From: Pelagomonas calceolata
Lineage: Eukaryota
Direction of reading: 5' to 3'
NCBI GenBank assembly: GCA_918797485.1
Contig: CAKKNE010000001.1
Coordinates: 4,154,001-4,218,000, forward strand
DNA length: 64,000 bases
Shown here: positions 46,201 to 56,413 of the stretch, piece after piece
Numbering within the stretch: position 1 is the stretch's first letter
How the letters are laid out: every line of letters starts with the position of its first letter
Made by a program: the position numbers and the translations under genes
The notes under the pieces: model-generated
Told to the model about the DNA's origin: nothing
Databases searched by the model: none
Seen by the model: the letters and a program-made list of their open reading frames with translations, nothing else

Positions 46201-46459
46201 GATGGAGGCGCACCTCTACCACGACCCGCGCGAGCATATACTACCGGACGAGCCCTGGAGCGCGCTCCCGGTAAACGAGTACGACATGCCGCAGGACTTT
46301 TATGGATTGCCGCCAATTTTGCCGCAATCGCATTATGGCAACCCGACGCCGCCCGGATGGTATCCCGCTCCTGTGGTACCGGGACCCGCGGCCGCGCCGG
46401 CGCCGGCTGGGGCCGTGCCGGAGGGGGTGGCGAGTCCGGCGGCGCGGCCTAGGCGGTAA
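43234..46459 (+). CDS. Hypothetical coiled-coil/ARM-like protein, 2 exons: 43234-45280, 45498-46459 (~1002 aa)
   Basis: Intron 45281-45497 (T|GTGCGT..GCGCAG|GC) joins two long ORFs in frame. Confidence 0.7.
45281..45497 (+). other. GT-AG intron (217 bp) with an internal ~80-bp duplicated unit
   Basis: CTCGACGCCATCG(C/A)CGCGACTC ... CCATTTGCGTCGCC occurs twice. Confidence 0.8.
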
Positions 46460-46765
46460 TGGTTTTCTGTAGTAGTCCTTTTTTGATGCGTGCTTGCTTG
46501 CCAGGGATCCCTAGTGTCTTTCAGGACGCTAGCTAGCCTCGGTCAACCCAAAACCAGCCTGAACGCAGCGCATTTGTCATTAATCGTGATCTCACAGCGG
46601 TGAGAGTTCTAATAGCGGTTGGTCTCACGCGTCGAAGCCTATCGGTGTGCACCGGGGGCACCCAATAAAAAAAGCGCACAAGGCCACCTTGCGAAGAAAC
46701 GCGGCGCGCGAAGCGTCCGGGGCTACGAAATTGCACGAAAAGTGACGCGCGCACACGTGTCCAGC

Positions 46766-48534
46766 ATGGCTGAAAGCAACGGCAAAAAACGCGCGCTCGT
46801 CGTGATCGACAGCGACGACGACGAAGCGCCGCTCGCGCCGTGGGTGCGGACGGTCTCAGACCAGGCCGAGGTCGTGGACATCATAGAGATCAAAGATGAA
46901 GAAGAAGACGACGACGACCTCTTCGAGAAGGAGATGGACGTGCAGTACGGCTCGTCGCCGTCGCGCGTCAAGAAAGAGAAGAAGCCGAAGCCCGACCCTT
47001 CGCCGGGCGGCCCCTCGGGCAGCGGCGGCGCGCCCCAAGGAGGCGCCGCGCCAGGAGCTCATGGTGCCGCCGCGCCGGCGCCCGCGCCCGCGGCCGCGCC
47101 GCCGGTCATCGGAGGGATGCCGACGGCCGCCGAGAAGACGGCCCATTTACTGACGTTGCCGGCGGGCGCGCGCGACCTGCAGCGCCTGCTGTGGCACATC
47201 GGCATCACGTTCAAGCTGCTGCCGCACCAGCCCGTCGCCGTGCGCATGGTCGCGGGCGTGGGCGACGATTACCCCAACCTCGCCACGAACGCGTCGCTCG
47301 ACGGCGCGCTCCTCAACGCGGCGCCGCCGACGAACCGCGGCGGACTCTTAGCCGACGTGATGGGCCTGGGCAAGACCGTCGAGGCGATCTGCGGCGCCGC
47401 GTTGCGCCAGGCCATCTGCGCGTCCAAGAACCTGCGGCCGCTGCCGGTCGTGATCGTGTCGCCGAACGTCTCCGTTCTCGACCAGTGGTCCGAGCACCTG
47501 TCGCGGGGGGGAGTCCCGCCGACGAGCGTCCTTCTCTACACGGGCCGCTTCCACGACCGCGTCAGAAAATACAATCGGCGCTGCCAGCCCGCGGGCGACG
47601 GCTCGGCGACGTGGGTCCTGTTGACGCGCCACTGTCTCATGAACGACGTGCAAGCGGCCATGGACGCCTTCTCGAAGGACGACGAGGTCGCACAAGTGTC
47701 ACCCCTGTTCCCGACGGCCGAGAAGGAGCTCCTCGAAGATCTGCGGGACCAGTACCTCGCGGCGAACGCGAAGCTCAAGGGCAAGAACACGCTGCGCCAG
47801 AAGGGCGAGGGCGTGCACCTGTGTGGAATCAACCAGTGAGTTAGGTTATCGACGTCGCGTCGATGGCGTAGGGCGTCCCGGGATTTTATTTCCACACAGG
47901 CGAGCACGATGTCGTGCGGCGCCTCATCGATGATTATTACCACAAGAACCTCGCCAACCCGCCCGTCGCCGTGATCCGAACGCTCATCATCGACGAGGCT
48001 CATTTCTTGAGGAACGCCGTGTCGTTCTGGGGCATCGGCGCTGCGCTCGCGGGCAACGGTGCCGAGCGCACGATCATGTGCACGGGCACGCCGTTCAACA
48101 ACGGCCCGCGCGACATGGCAGCTTTGCAGTCGTACGTCGACGCGTCGAGTCCGGCGGCCGAGGAGAAGTGGTGGAAGGAGGCGGTATCCGGGAAGGGCGG
48201 CCCCGAGATCGCGCGCGCCGTCCGCGACTGGCGCGAGAACGGCGGCATGGTGCGGCGCAACCTCGACGTTTTGACGACGCAGCTCCCACAGCTCGACGTG
48301 ACGACGGAGAACATTCTGTTGGATGATGAGGAGCTCTTCGCCTACCTGCCGCTCGAGGATTCGATCCTCGAGCTGCTGAAAAAGTTCGCCGAATGCAGCG
48401 ACGACGACAAGAAAGAAAAGCTGAAGCTCTTCCGCGTGATGATGAGCTTGATGGCGCTGATGCGAATGTGGGCCCGGCGTCGTCACGACTTCAGAGGCAT
48501 CGCCGTCGCGTCGATGGCGGTCCACGTCTCATAG
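46766..48534 (+). CDS. SNF2-family ATPase, N-terminal lobe only; exons 46766-47810 and 47900-~48470; 3' end unresolved
   Basis: Q-motif LLPHQ, Walker A GGLLADVMGLGKT, Walker B IIDEAH, motif III CTGTPFNN. No helicase-C motifs seen downstream. Confidence 0.8.
47811..47899 (+). mobile_element. Introner-type GC-AG intron (89 bp)
   Basis: TSD GCGTGCAC/GCGAGCAC (7/8). TIRs CTGTGTGGAATCAA / TTTATTTCCACACAG. The GC donor at 47811 restores frame; the nearby GT at 47813 does not. Confidence 0.88.
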
Positions 48535-51500
48535 TAGTTGCGGTCACATCTTACGTCATCGACAAGACGACTGCTCAGGAAGGGATAGTGATAGGGAAAC
48601 GCGCATCAGTAGGATGTTTCATTCTCCTCGAGGACGACACCACCGTGACCCTGGCAAAAAGCTTGATCGATTATGCCGACGGCGAGCCTCCAGATGCTTT
48701 GATCGCCGCGGCCGCGGCGCGCGGCGTGCCCTACGTGCCCCTCGAAGCGAGCTGCCCCCACTGCGATGAAGCGTTCGGTTCGGGTCGGGAGCGATTTGCG
48801 CGAGGCGCGGGCGCCACAATTTGCAGGCCTTGTCATACACGGTGGGGCACTGGAGACCCGCCGATCAACTCAGTGAGACGACCGGCCATGTGCCTGTGTT
48901 GCGGGGGCCCATTTCCACACAACCGTTATTACGCGGGGCCACACGGCCGCTACACCACATGCCTCTCGTGCGATACTCGCCGACAGCATGGCAAGACTGG
49001 TCCCGCCGAGCCGAAGGAGGCCTCCTACTGCCGCGACTGCGGCTGCGGGTCCGACGATGCACAGCTCCAGGAGCACCCGGACGGCGTCGTGCGCTGCGGC
49101 GCGTGCTCGTCACAGAAGCGTCTGGGCCGTCCACCTACCCCGGCGCGCGTCCGGCGATTCGGCGGCCCGACGCCAGCGAAGGCCCAGAAGCTTGAGAAGG
49201 CCGTCGCCGCGCGGAACCAGCAGATCGCGGAGTATTGCGCGAGCGCGGGGTTCGCGCTTGCAAGCGAGCAGCCCGATGGCGCGGCCGCGGCGCCCGCCGC
49301 CGCCGACGACGACGCGTCGGACTCCGGCGACGACGCGTCGGCGGGCGGCGCTGCGCGCCCGAAGTGGGTGCGGTGCGACGGCTGCGATAAGTGGCGCCGG
49401 CTGCCGTCCCATGTGGATGTTGACAGCCTGCCCCCGTGCGCGGCCCGCGTCCAGAATTTAGAGCTTCCGCACGTCATTCCCCACGCCATCGACGCAACGT
49501 CATCCTTCAATCCGTGTCCCCTCGATGTGTAGATGGCGCCGCGTTCCATCCCTCTCCGCGGCCGGCGTCGTCGCGCGGCCGCAAATCACGCGTCGCCGCC
49601 CGCGCAGGAGATGGTACTGCAGCATGAACGTCTGGAACCCGGAACGCGCGAGCTGCGACGCGCCCGACGACGCCGAGGCCGAGGCGCCGTCGCCCGCCGC
49701 GGCGTCGCCCGCCGCGGCGTCGCCCGCCGCGGCGTCGCCGGGCGCGCGGCGCGGCGGCGAGCGGCGCGGCGGCGAGCAGCGCGCGCGCGGCGCCGGCGGC
49801 AAGCCCAGGAAGCGCGGCCTCGACGACCCGAAGACGCGGCAGAAGCTCGAAGACGTGACGGCGCGCATCAACGCCGGCGCATCCAACGCGGTCCAAGAAC
49901 TCCGGGATCTTGTGGAGGGGGTCTTATCAGTTGAGGATATTGACGACGGCTGGGTCTGCGCGATCTGCGGGAGCGGCGACACGAAGAAGCCGGACCGCGT
50001 CTTCGTCAATAAAGTGAGAGCCTACTGTTGCGCGGCGTGCGCGCGCGCCGCGCCGCGCCCTTCGAGGCCGCGCTGCGGAACGACGCCCGCGGTGCGGCTC
50101 GCGCCCCTGCCGGGCGACGATGATCTGCTCGAGGCCGGACTCGCAGCCGCTTCAGGTCGTAGTGATCGGCCGCAGGGCGTGCTCGCGAAGCACGCCGGCG
50201 ATATCTATAGGAACATTCAGGTGGTCGACGAGCGGAACAAAGTGCGCCAGGCAGCCATTGACGCGCTGGGCTTAGAGCCCGTCGACGTGCGCCACCAAAA
50301 GGAGACCGTCGCCACGGCCATTCCCTTGGGCGCGCGGGACGGCTCGATCATCGTCACGTCGTCGGCCACAAAAGGCCAGGAGGCAAACGCTACGCGCGCC
50401 TTTGCCGATGCCAGCGTCGCTGATACGCGTCGCGCGGCCGTCGCCACCGTCTCGCACGCACTGCTCGCGCGCCAGAGCATATCGCGACCGGTCGCCGCCT
50501 CCGCCCGCCAAAGACCCAGTGCTCAAGCCGTCGTGTCCCGCGCAGATGATGCTCGTGGCCCTCGCGATCAAAAGAGGCTTGTTTGCCGCGAACGAGGTCG
50601 CGCCGTTCTTGGAAATTGTATACGACATCTGCGGCCTCACGAAGGAGGAGAAAGACATCCTCGGAGGCAACGTGGCGACGGTCGCCGCGACGTGGGCGGG
50701 CGTCGCGGTAGAACGACGTGGGCGCGCGGAGTCCGCGATCCGCTTTCCACACTGTTCCGAAAAACATCTTCCCACACACAGGTGGCGCGGCCGAAGCGCA
50801 CCGGATCTGGGCCGACGCCGCCCGCGACGTCTACTACCACGGCGAGAACCCGGCCTTCGTCTTAGCCCTCTTGAGGCCGGAAGCCCGCGGTTATCTTGCT
50901 GCGTCGCTGCACCAGCTCGGCTGCGCCAAATGTAGAGCGCTCCACGGCTCGATCGGCGGCGTCTCCGACGACATAGAACTACCCGACGTCCTCACGCCGT
51001 CCGGGGTCAACCCGCACATCAAAAGCACGGTGTACTGCGCCCGGCTCGGCGGCGTGAAGCACGCGACGTGCGTGAAGTGCCGCAAGCGCCGCGTGCTGCC
51101 CGCCGGGTCTGAAGTCGACGAGGACGAGTTCCAGTGCTCCGACGTCGACACGACTTGCGAGACGGGCGCGGAGCGCGACCCGACGGAGCCGCCGGCGAAG
51201 CGGCGGCGGACTGACGCCGGCGCCGCGCTGCTGGCCCTCGTCCCGCAACCGTGGCGCCACGTCGTCGACAAGGTCCCCAGCCGCCGCCTCGATGCTATCG
51301 CCGACTTCGTCTCGGGCGAGCGCCTCGACGGCGTCGTCGTGTATCCGCCCCAGGACCAGATCTTCGCGGCGTTGGAAGCCTGCAGGCTCGATGATGTCAA
51401 GATCGTCATCGTCGGCCAGGACCCGTACCACGGCCCCGGCCAGGCCCACGGCCTCGCGTTCTCCTGTACTGACGGATCTATTCCGCGGTCGTTGGACAAC

Positions 51501-51911
51501 ATCTTCAAAGAGCTGCTCGCCGACCCGGACTCGGGCGTCTCGAGGTACCCGACGACCGGAAACCTGGGCGCTTGGGCGCGACGGGGCGTGCTGCTCTTGA
51601 ACCGCGCGCTCACGGTCCAGAAGGGCGAAGCGAACTCGCACAAGGACAAGGGCTGGGCGCCGGTGACCGACGCGATCATTGACGCGGTGAACAACCGCAC
51701 GAAGGGCGCGGTCTTCATCCTGTGGGGCAAGGAAGCGCGCGGGCTCGCACGCACCATCAAGCCGCGCCACCGAGTCATCCAGTCGTCGCACCCGTCGCCC
51801 AACTCGCACAAAAAGACGACGGAGCCCTTCACGGGGTCGCGCTGCTTCTCGCTCGCGAACGCCAAGCTGAGGGAGCTCCAGCAGGCGCCCGTCGACTGGA
51901 ACCTCGCGTAG
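48535..51911 (+). CDS. Multi-zinc-finger, zf-CW and family-1 uracil-DNA glycosylase protein; introns 49436-49607, ~50383-50545, 50718-50781; 5' end unresolved
   Basis: Four C-x2-C-x18/20-C-x2-C fingers. Spliced CW finger WVRCDGCDKWRRLP..LPPRWYCSMNVWNPERASC. UNG motifs GQDPYH, AHGLAFS, GVLLLN, VFILWG, HPSP. Donor of the second intron is uncertain. Confidence 0.75.
49436..49607 (+). other. GT-AG intron (172 bp) splitting the zf-CW domain
   Basis: CC|GTGCGC ... CGCGCAG|G. Splicing rebuilds a canonical CW finger. Contains CCACGCCATCGACGC at 49481. Confidence 0.9.
50718..50781 (+). other. GT-AG intron (64 bp), introner-like 3' end
   Basis: C|GTGGGCGCG ... CCCACACACAG|GTGGCGCG, phase 1, restores frame into the UNG exon. 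Confidence 0.75.
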
Positions 51912-52719
51912 GCGGCGTCAGATTCGGCGCGCGGCGGCGCCAGTAGGGCGAGTGTAATCCCCGCGACACACCAAGACCGGGGCCTCGACGGGCAACTGGC
52001 ACTTTCTCGCGTTGGGCCCGAAGCCCAGGCAGGCAGCTCTCCCCGACTAAATGAGGACCTGGGTCGCCGGCTCGCGGAACGTCGTCCAAAACCCGCACGA
52101 TTTCCAATAAGGCTTCGTGCGCGCCGCGTAGACGTCGCGGCGAGCATCTCCGACCCGTAACGTAATCGTCGCCGCATCCTGAGCCGCCTTCGACGCGTCA
52201 TCGACTCGCAGGCGCCGCGGAGCGCCGTCGGCCGCGCGCCCGCCGAGTAGACCGCGCGGCTGAAACTCGACAACGCGTAGCGAGTCGGCCGCATTGACCC
52301 GGGCGTGAGCGTCGCCGTGGCGTCGACCGCTCGCGGCGCGCCATAATTGCGCAGCGCCGCCGGCCCTAGCAGCGCCAGCAAGCAGTGCAACAACGGAGAG
52401 CGCATCGCGAGGCGCACGCGCGCGGCACAGCAATATTATCAAACTCCAGCGGCTAAATAAGAGCAAGCAAATCAGCGCTATAAGCGCAGGGGTGCCAGAG
52501 ACACTGGGCTACCGCTTGCTTTGCTAGTGTCTTACAGGACGCTAGCATTTAATAGTCAGGCGCAGGCCTGCTGGGCAGCAACCCGGGCGCAGCCGTTTTG
52601 CCAACCCGCAAAAATCGGCTGGTGACCTCGGTAGGATCGCTGCGGAGGACTGCGCCAACTTCTAGGACAGCTCAAGGCCGCTGGAGCTCGAGCACTGCCG
52701 GTGCTTGAGGGCTGCTGTG

Positions 52720-53415
52720 ATGGAGCAAAACGACTCCGACGACGAGAGCGTAACACCGACGCTGCCTGGCTTCGTGCGCGCGTCCAAGCCGCCAGCGCTG
52801 CCCGGTTTCGTGCGTCCGGCGTCGCGGCCGAAGAAAAAGACCAGCGGCGCCGACGTGGCCGCAGCGTACAAATCCCTCGTTCGACAACCAAAGCCGCCGA
52901 GCGCGGCGCCAGAGCCAAGCGTTGCAGTCGGTCCGGCGCGGATGGCCACTTGCGCCGCGTGCGGCGCCACGTACGACCCTCTGGCGCGAGAGGCGCACGA
53001 GGCATCGATCTCGCATCAGCTGGCCGTTGGTCCGCGGACACGCGGCCGCCGCGTTATGCTGCCCGATTCAAATCCTGGTGCGAAGCTGCTGGAGCGCATG
53101 GGCTGGCAAGACGATGGCGAGCGTCCTGGCCTCGGCGCACCCGGGAAGGAGGGCAGGATTCAGCCGCTCGCTGTAGCCCTAAAACGCGACACCTCGGGCC
53201 TCGGGAGCCGTGCGTACGAAAATCGTGTGTCCCATTTTTCCGCCAACGACGCCGCCGCGGTTGCGCCGCCACGCCCACCGAAACCTCCGCCGCCGCCGCC
53301 GCCCTCGCGGAAGGCGCGGCGCCGGGCCGAGGCCGAGGATCGGCGACGAAGCGTGCGGCTGCGACGAGACCTCGCAGACGCGATCCCCGAGGGGTACGAG
53401 GAACTGTTTCGATAA
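52720..53415 (+). CDS. G-patch domain protein (GPANK1-like C-terminus)
   Basis: CAAC..H..SISH finger, then SNPGAKLLERMGW...GLGAPGKEGRIQP..LKRDTSGLG. Confidence 0.88.
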   Translation: MEQNDSDDESVTPTLPGFVRASKPPALPGFVRPASRPKKKTSGADVAAAYKSLVRQPKPPSAAPEPSVAVGPARMATCAACGATYDPLAREAHEASISHQLAVGPRTRGRRVMLPDSNPGAKLLERMGWQDDGERPGLGAPGKEGRIQPLAVALKRDTSGLGSRAYENRVSHFSANDAAAVAPPRPPKPPPPPPPSRKARRRAEAEDRRRSVRLRRDLADAIPEGYEELFR

Positions 53416-53431
53416 GTATGTTACACAAAGC

Positions 53432-55112
53432 CTATTCTGGCGGCCAGACCCACGAAGTCGCGCCCGTCTTCGTGTTGTAGTAGTAAGTATTCCCCGACGC
53501 TTCGTCGACGGCCGACGCCCAGTCCGCGACGACAATTTCAGCGGTCTCCGCCGCCGCCGCAACTGTTTCCGCCGCCGCCGCCGCAGCTCCACCAGTGAGC
53601 GTGAGGTCGTCTGTCGCCTTGATGCCTCCGCCCTGCGCCATCATTTTTCGGGCGATCTTGAGGACCTCGACTTGCGACCTATCTACTTTCACGTCGTTGA
53701 CCGCGCTCCAGTCGAGCGTGCGCAGCATTTCCTCGAGTTTTTCGGTGCCGATGTCGCCGAGCGTCTCCTCGTTTTGTGAATACACGAGCCCAGTCGGCAA
53801 GCCCTTCTGCGCCGCCTTCACCTGAGGCGTGCGGAGGATGTTGATCATAGGAATCGGTGACCGTCTTCCGTAATTGGCCGCAGCATCCGCCCCCGCGCGT
53901 TCGCCACCCTGCGTGGGGCATCACGTCGATGGCGTGGCGCGTGGCGCCATCGACGCGACGTGGACGTGGCACGCGATGCCAACGCGAACAACGCAAAGAT
54001 AATAAAGGACGCCGCAAGAGCACGTCTCGGAACACGTATTGAGGATGAAAGAAAACGAGCTGGATCTGGCCCTCGAAGCCCAATCCTTCGACCTTTGATT
54101 CCGTGGCCGATTGGAGGGCTTGCGTTAGTGCGTCGCCAAATTGCTCAAACGCGTCAAAGTTACTGGCCCAGTACGGATTTGTCATCAGGAGCAGCGACGT
54201 CGCGTGTCGAGGGTGGTCCTCGAGCCATTGCACCTCCTTCCAGAACCATTGGAAGCACGTCTCCGTATCGTCGGCACGAGTTACCTGTGTGGAAAGCAAC
54301 CAGTGAGTGATGTTGTCGCGTCGATGGCGTGGGGCGCCTGAAAATTTGATTTGATTTTCACACAGGTGCTAACGTCGTATCGTACGTCTCCTAGAGGTAA
54401 GCCGGCGCGGTCAGCCGACAGGCTAAAGGGGCAAATGCCCGCATCGCTCACGATTGCGTTCACCCAGTCCTTCGAGCACTTCAGGGCGTCGTCGTCGCCG
54501 AGGTCGTGCTGGATAGGACATTTATCCACCGGCGGCGCGGTCTCCGCGTCGAGCGCCTTGAGCCGCTCGCGCATCTCGGGGCTCAAGAAATCATCATCCT
54601 CGTCTTCGTCAGCCCACTCGTCCCACACGTCCGCGTTGGTCGACCGCGGCACGTTTTTTACGATGATGCTGTTAGCAGGGCCTGGCATCGCGTGGATGTG
54701 CGCTCCAAAGTTCCTGTGTGGAAACCAACCAGTGACATCAAGCCGTGCGCTGATGGGTGGGGCGCCCGAAATTTGATTTCCACGCTGTGGCTCGCTGCGA
54801 CGAGTCTTTGCAGACCTCGAGATGCTCGAACAAGGCTTGGAAGGTCTGCGGCCGCTTCAAGTCTTCGCAGTTCGGGAAATACATCGCTCGGAAGTCTCCG
54901 GGCGGCGGCGGGTTCGCAAGGACTTGCCAAAGCTCGGCAAGAGCGCCGGAGATAGACGTCGTCTCGCTGAAAATCTCTTTTTCGTCTGTGCTGGACTCAG
55001 TCTCGATGACGTGGAGCGGCGCCGCGCGCCGCGGCGGCACGGCCGGTGCCAAAAGAGCATTAGCAGTGGTAGCTGCACACAGCAGCCCAAGGATTACTCG
55101 AGGCCGCGCCAT
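53432..55112 (-). CDS. Probably plastid-targeted DUF1415-like protein with C-terminal WW domain, 4 exons: 55112-54796, 54713-54374, 54284-54024, 53908-53432 (~464 aa)
   Basis: Signal/transit leader. Motifs WVNAIVSDAGICPFS, QLVFFHPQYVF, ANYGRRSPIPMINILR. WW: WASAVDEASGNTYYYNTKTGATSWVWP. Three introns restore frame. Confidence 0.8.
53909..54023 (-). other. GT-AG intron (115 bp) with an 11-bp perfect hairpin
   Basis: GAC|GTGCTC ... CCCACGCAG|GGT. CGTCGATGGCG (53924) and CGCCATCGACG (53945) are inverted. Confidence 0.85.
54285..54373 (-). mobile_element. Introner-type GT-AG intron (89 bp)
   Basis: TIRs CTGTGTGGAAAGCAA / TTGATTTTCACACAG on the + strand. Donor lies exactly 8 nt outside the TIR; TSD decayed. 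Confidence 0.88.
54714..54795 (-). mobile_element. Introner-type GC-AG intron (82 bp)
   Basis: CTGTGTGGAAACCAACCAGTG end and decayed TTGATTTCCACGCTG end. GC donor 8 nt outside the TIR; alternatives at 54798 and 54801 keep the same frame. Confidence 0.75.
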
Positions 55113-55372
55113 CGCGCAGGCCTGATGCGTTCGCGTGTCTGGCTTCTCTCACGTCAAATTTACGACCAGTAAATGTGTCTAAGCGCGTCAGAGCGCCCCG
55201 GTTGACGTTAGGTGTTTTATCTTAGCGGCAGTAAGACACTAGGAAGCAGGCCGCATGGCAAAAATTGCTGCCATACGCCAGCCCAAGCAGCTAATTTCTC
55301 GAACGATTGCCATTTTCGAGCCATGACTCCATAATAGAGACCGCACTCCGCTCGCTGTCCGCGTGTCGCGCC

Positions 55373-56395
55373 ATGATAGAGCTCAAAGAGACGGGGAGCC
55401 CTCCCCGCAGCACTCCCGGCAAGGTCAGCGACGCGGCAGGCTTGCTCGCTGAGGAGGAGGGATGGTCTCGCGATGACGCCGACGAAATGAAAACAAGCGA
55501 GCCTGCTGCTGAGGCCACCGCGAGCCCGCCGCGTTCGCGTCTCGCGTCGCCCTGGCTGCCCGACGCGCCGCAGCGCTGCGGCGGCAGCGCTGTGAAATCA
55601 CTGAAAGCACGCGTGCGGCTCGCGAAATTCCTCGTGCTGTCGTGGGTGCTCATCGTCTGCGGACACGCGTTTATCCGGGCTCACAAATCCGAGCGGAGGT
55701 GGGAGCGAGATCCGAACTACAGCATCGGTGATTTCCATAGTCTCGACCTCCACTCCTGCGCGCTCGACGCCCTGTGTTATTTCATCGTGGGCCGCTGGTG
55801 GAAAAGAAAGGGTGTCGACCGATGGAACGTGTTTGCACCAATGGTCTTGGGCCTCATTCTCTTCTCGGCCGTGGGCGCGGCTGATATTGCGCATTATTCG
55901 ATCTCACTCTTTGCGATAAAATGCCTGTGGCCACCGGCCGTCGTCGTCGCCGCTGCGGTGTTGTGCATCGCGGTCATTGTGATTGTTTGCCTGCACGTGC
56001 GCGCGGCCTGGCGCGACGGCCTCCTGCTCGGTAGATGTATCGAGATCGCGGCGACGGCGTTGGTTTTTGTCTTACCAGTTTTTCGGGACCCGTCGTTCCA
56101 CCTTCATCATTGGTACTGGACCTGGCTAATAGGTATGCACGCGAACCAGGACGCCTGGTGGTCTCAGGCCGCCTGCGCGTTCCTTTGGGGCGGCTATTTG
56201 AATGGGATTGCTGCCTATGGCCGAGACGATCTGCTCGGCTGCAAGCGCTCGTTCTACGCGGCCGCCAATCAGCATTGCGGATACCTGGACTGCTACTACG
56301 AGTCGCACTACACTGATCAGAATGCAACGATCCCAGCGAAGCCACCCTTCCAGGACGCGCCGAATTGGAGGACGTGCGAGGGGATGGCTCCGTAA
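55373..56395 (+). CDS. Multi-pass membrane protein with His-rich HLHHWYW motif
   Basis: Several TM segments; HLHHWYWTWLIGMH and NGIAAYG motifs. Family not recognised. Confidence 0.75.
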   Translation: MIELKETGSPPRSTPGKVSDAAGLLAEEEGWSRDDADEMKTSEPAAEATASPPRSRLASPWLPDAPQRCGGSAVKSLKARVRLAKFLVLSWVLIVCGHAFIRAHKSERRWERDPNYSIGDFHSLDLHSCALDALCYFIVGRWWKRKGVDRWNVFAPMVLGLILFSAVGAADIAHYSISLFAIKCLWPPAVVVAAAVLCIAVIVIVCLHVRAAWRDGLLLGRCIEIAATALVFVLPVFRDPSFHLHHWYWTWLIGMHANQDAWWSQAACAFLWGGYLNGIAAYGRDDLLGCKRSFYAAANQHCGYLDCYYESHYTDQNATIPAKPPFQDAPNWRTCEGMAP

Positions 56396-56413
56396 TTTTT
56401 GTTCTATGTGTAT

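Noticed and set aside
50891..52417. 508-aa minus-strand ORF overlapping the UNG exon
   Set aside because: Antisense shadow of a GC3-rich gene with no recognisable motifs. A small real gene within 52047-52466 cannot be excluded, but I cannot support one.
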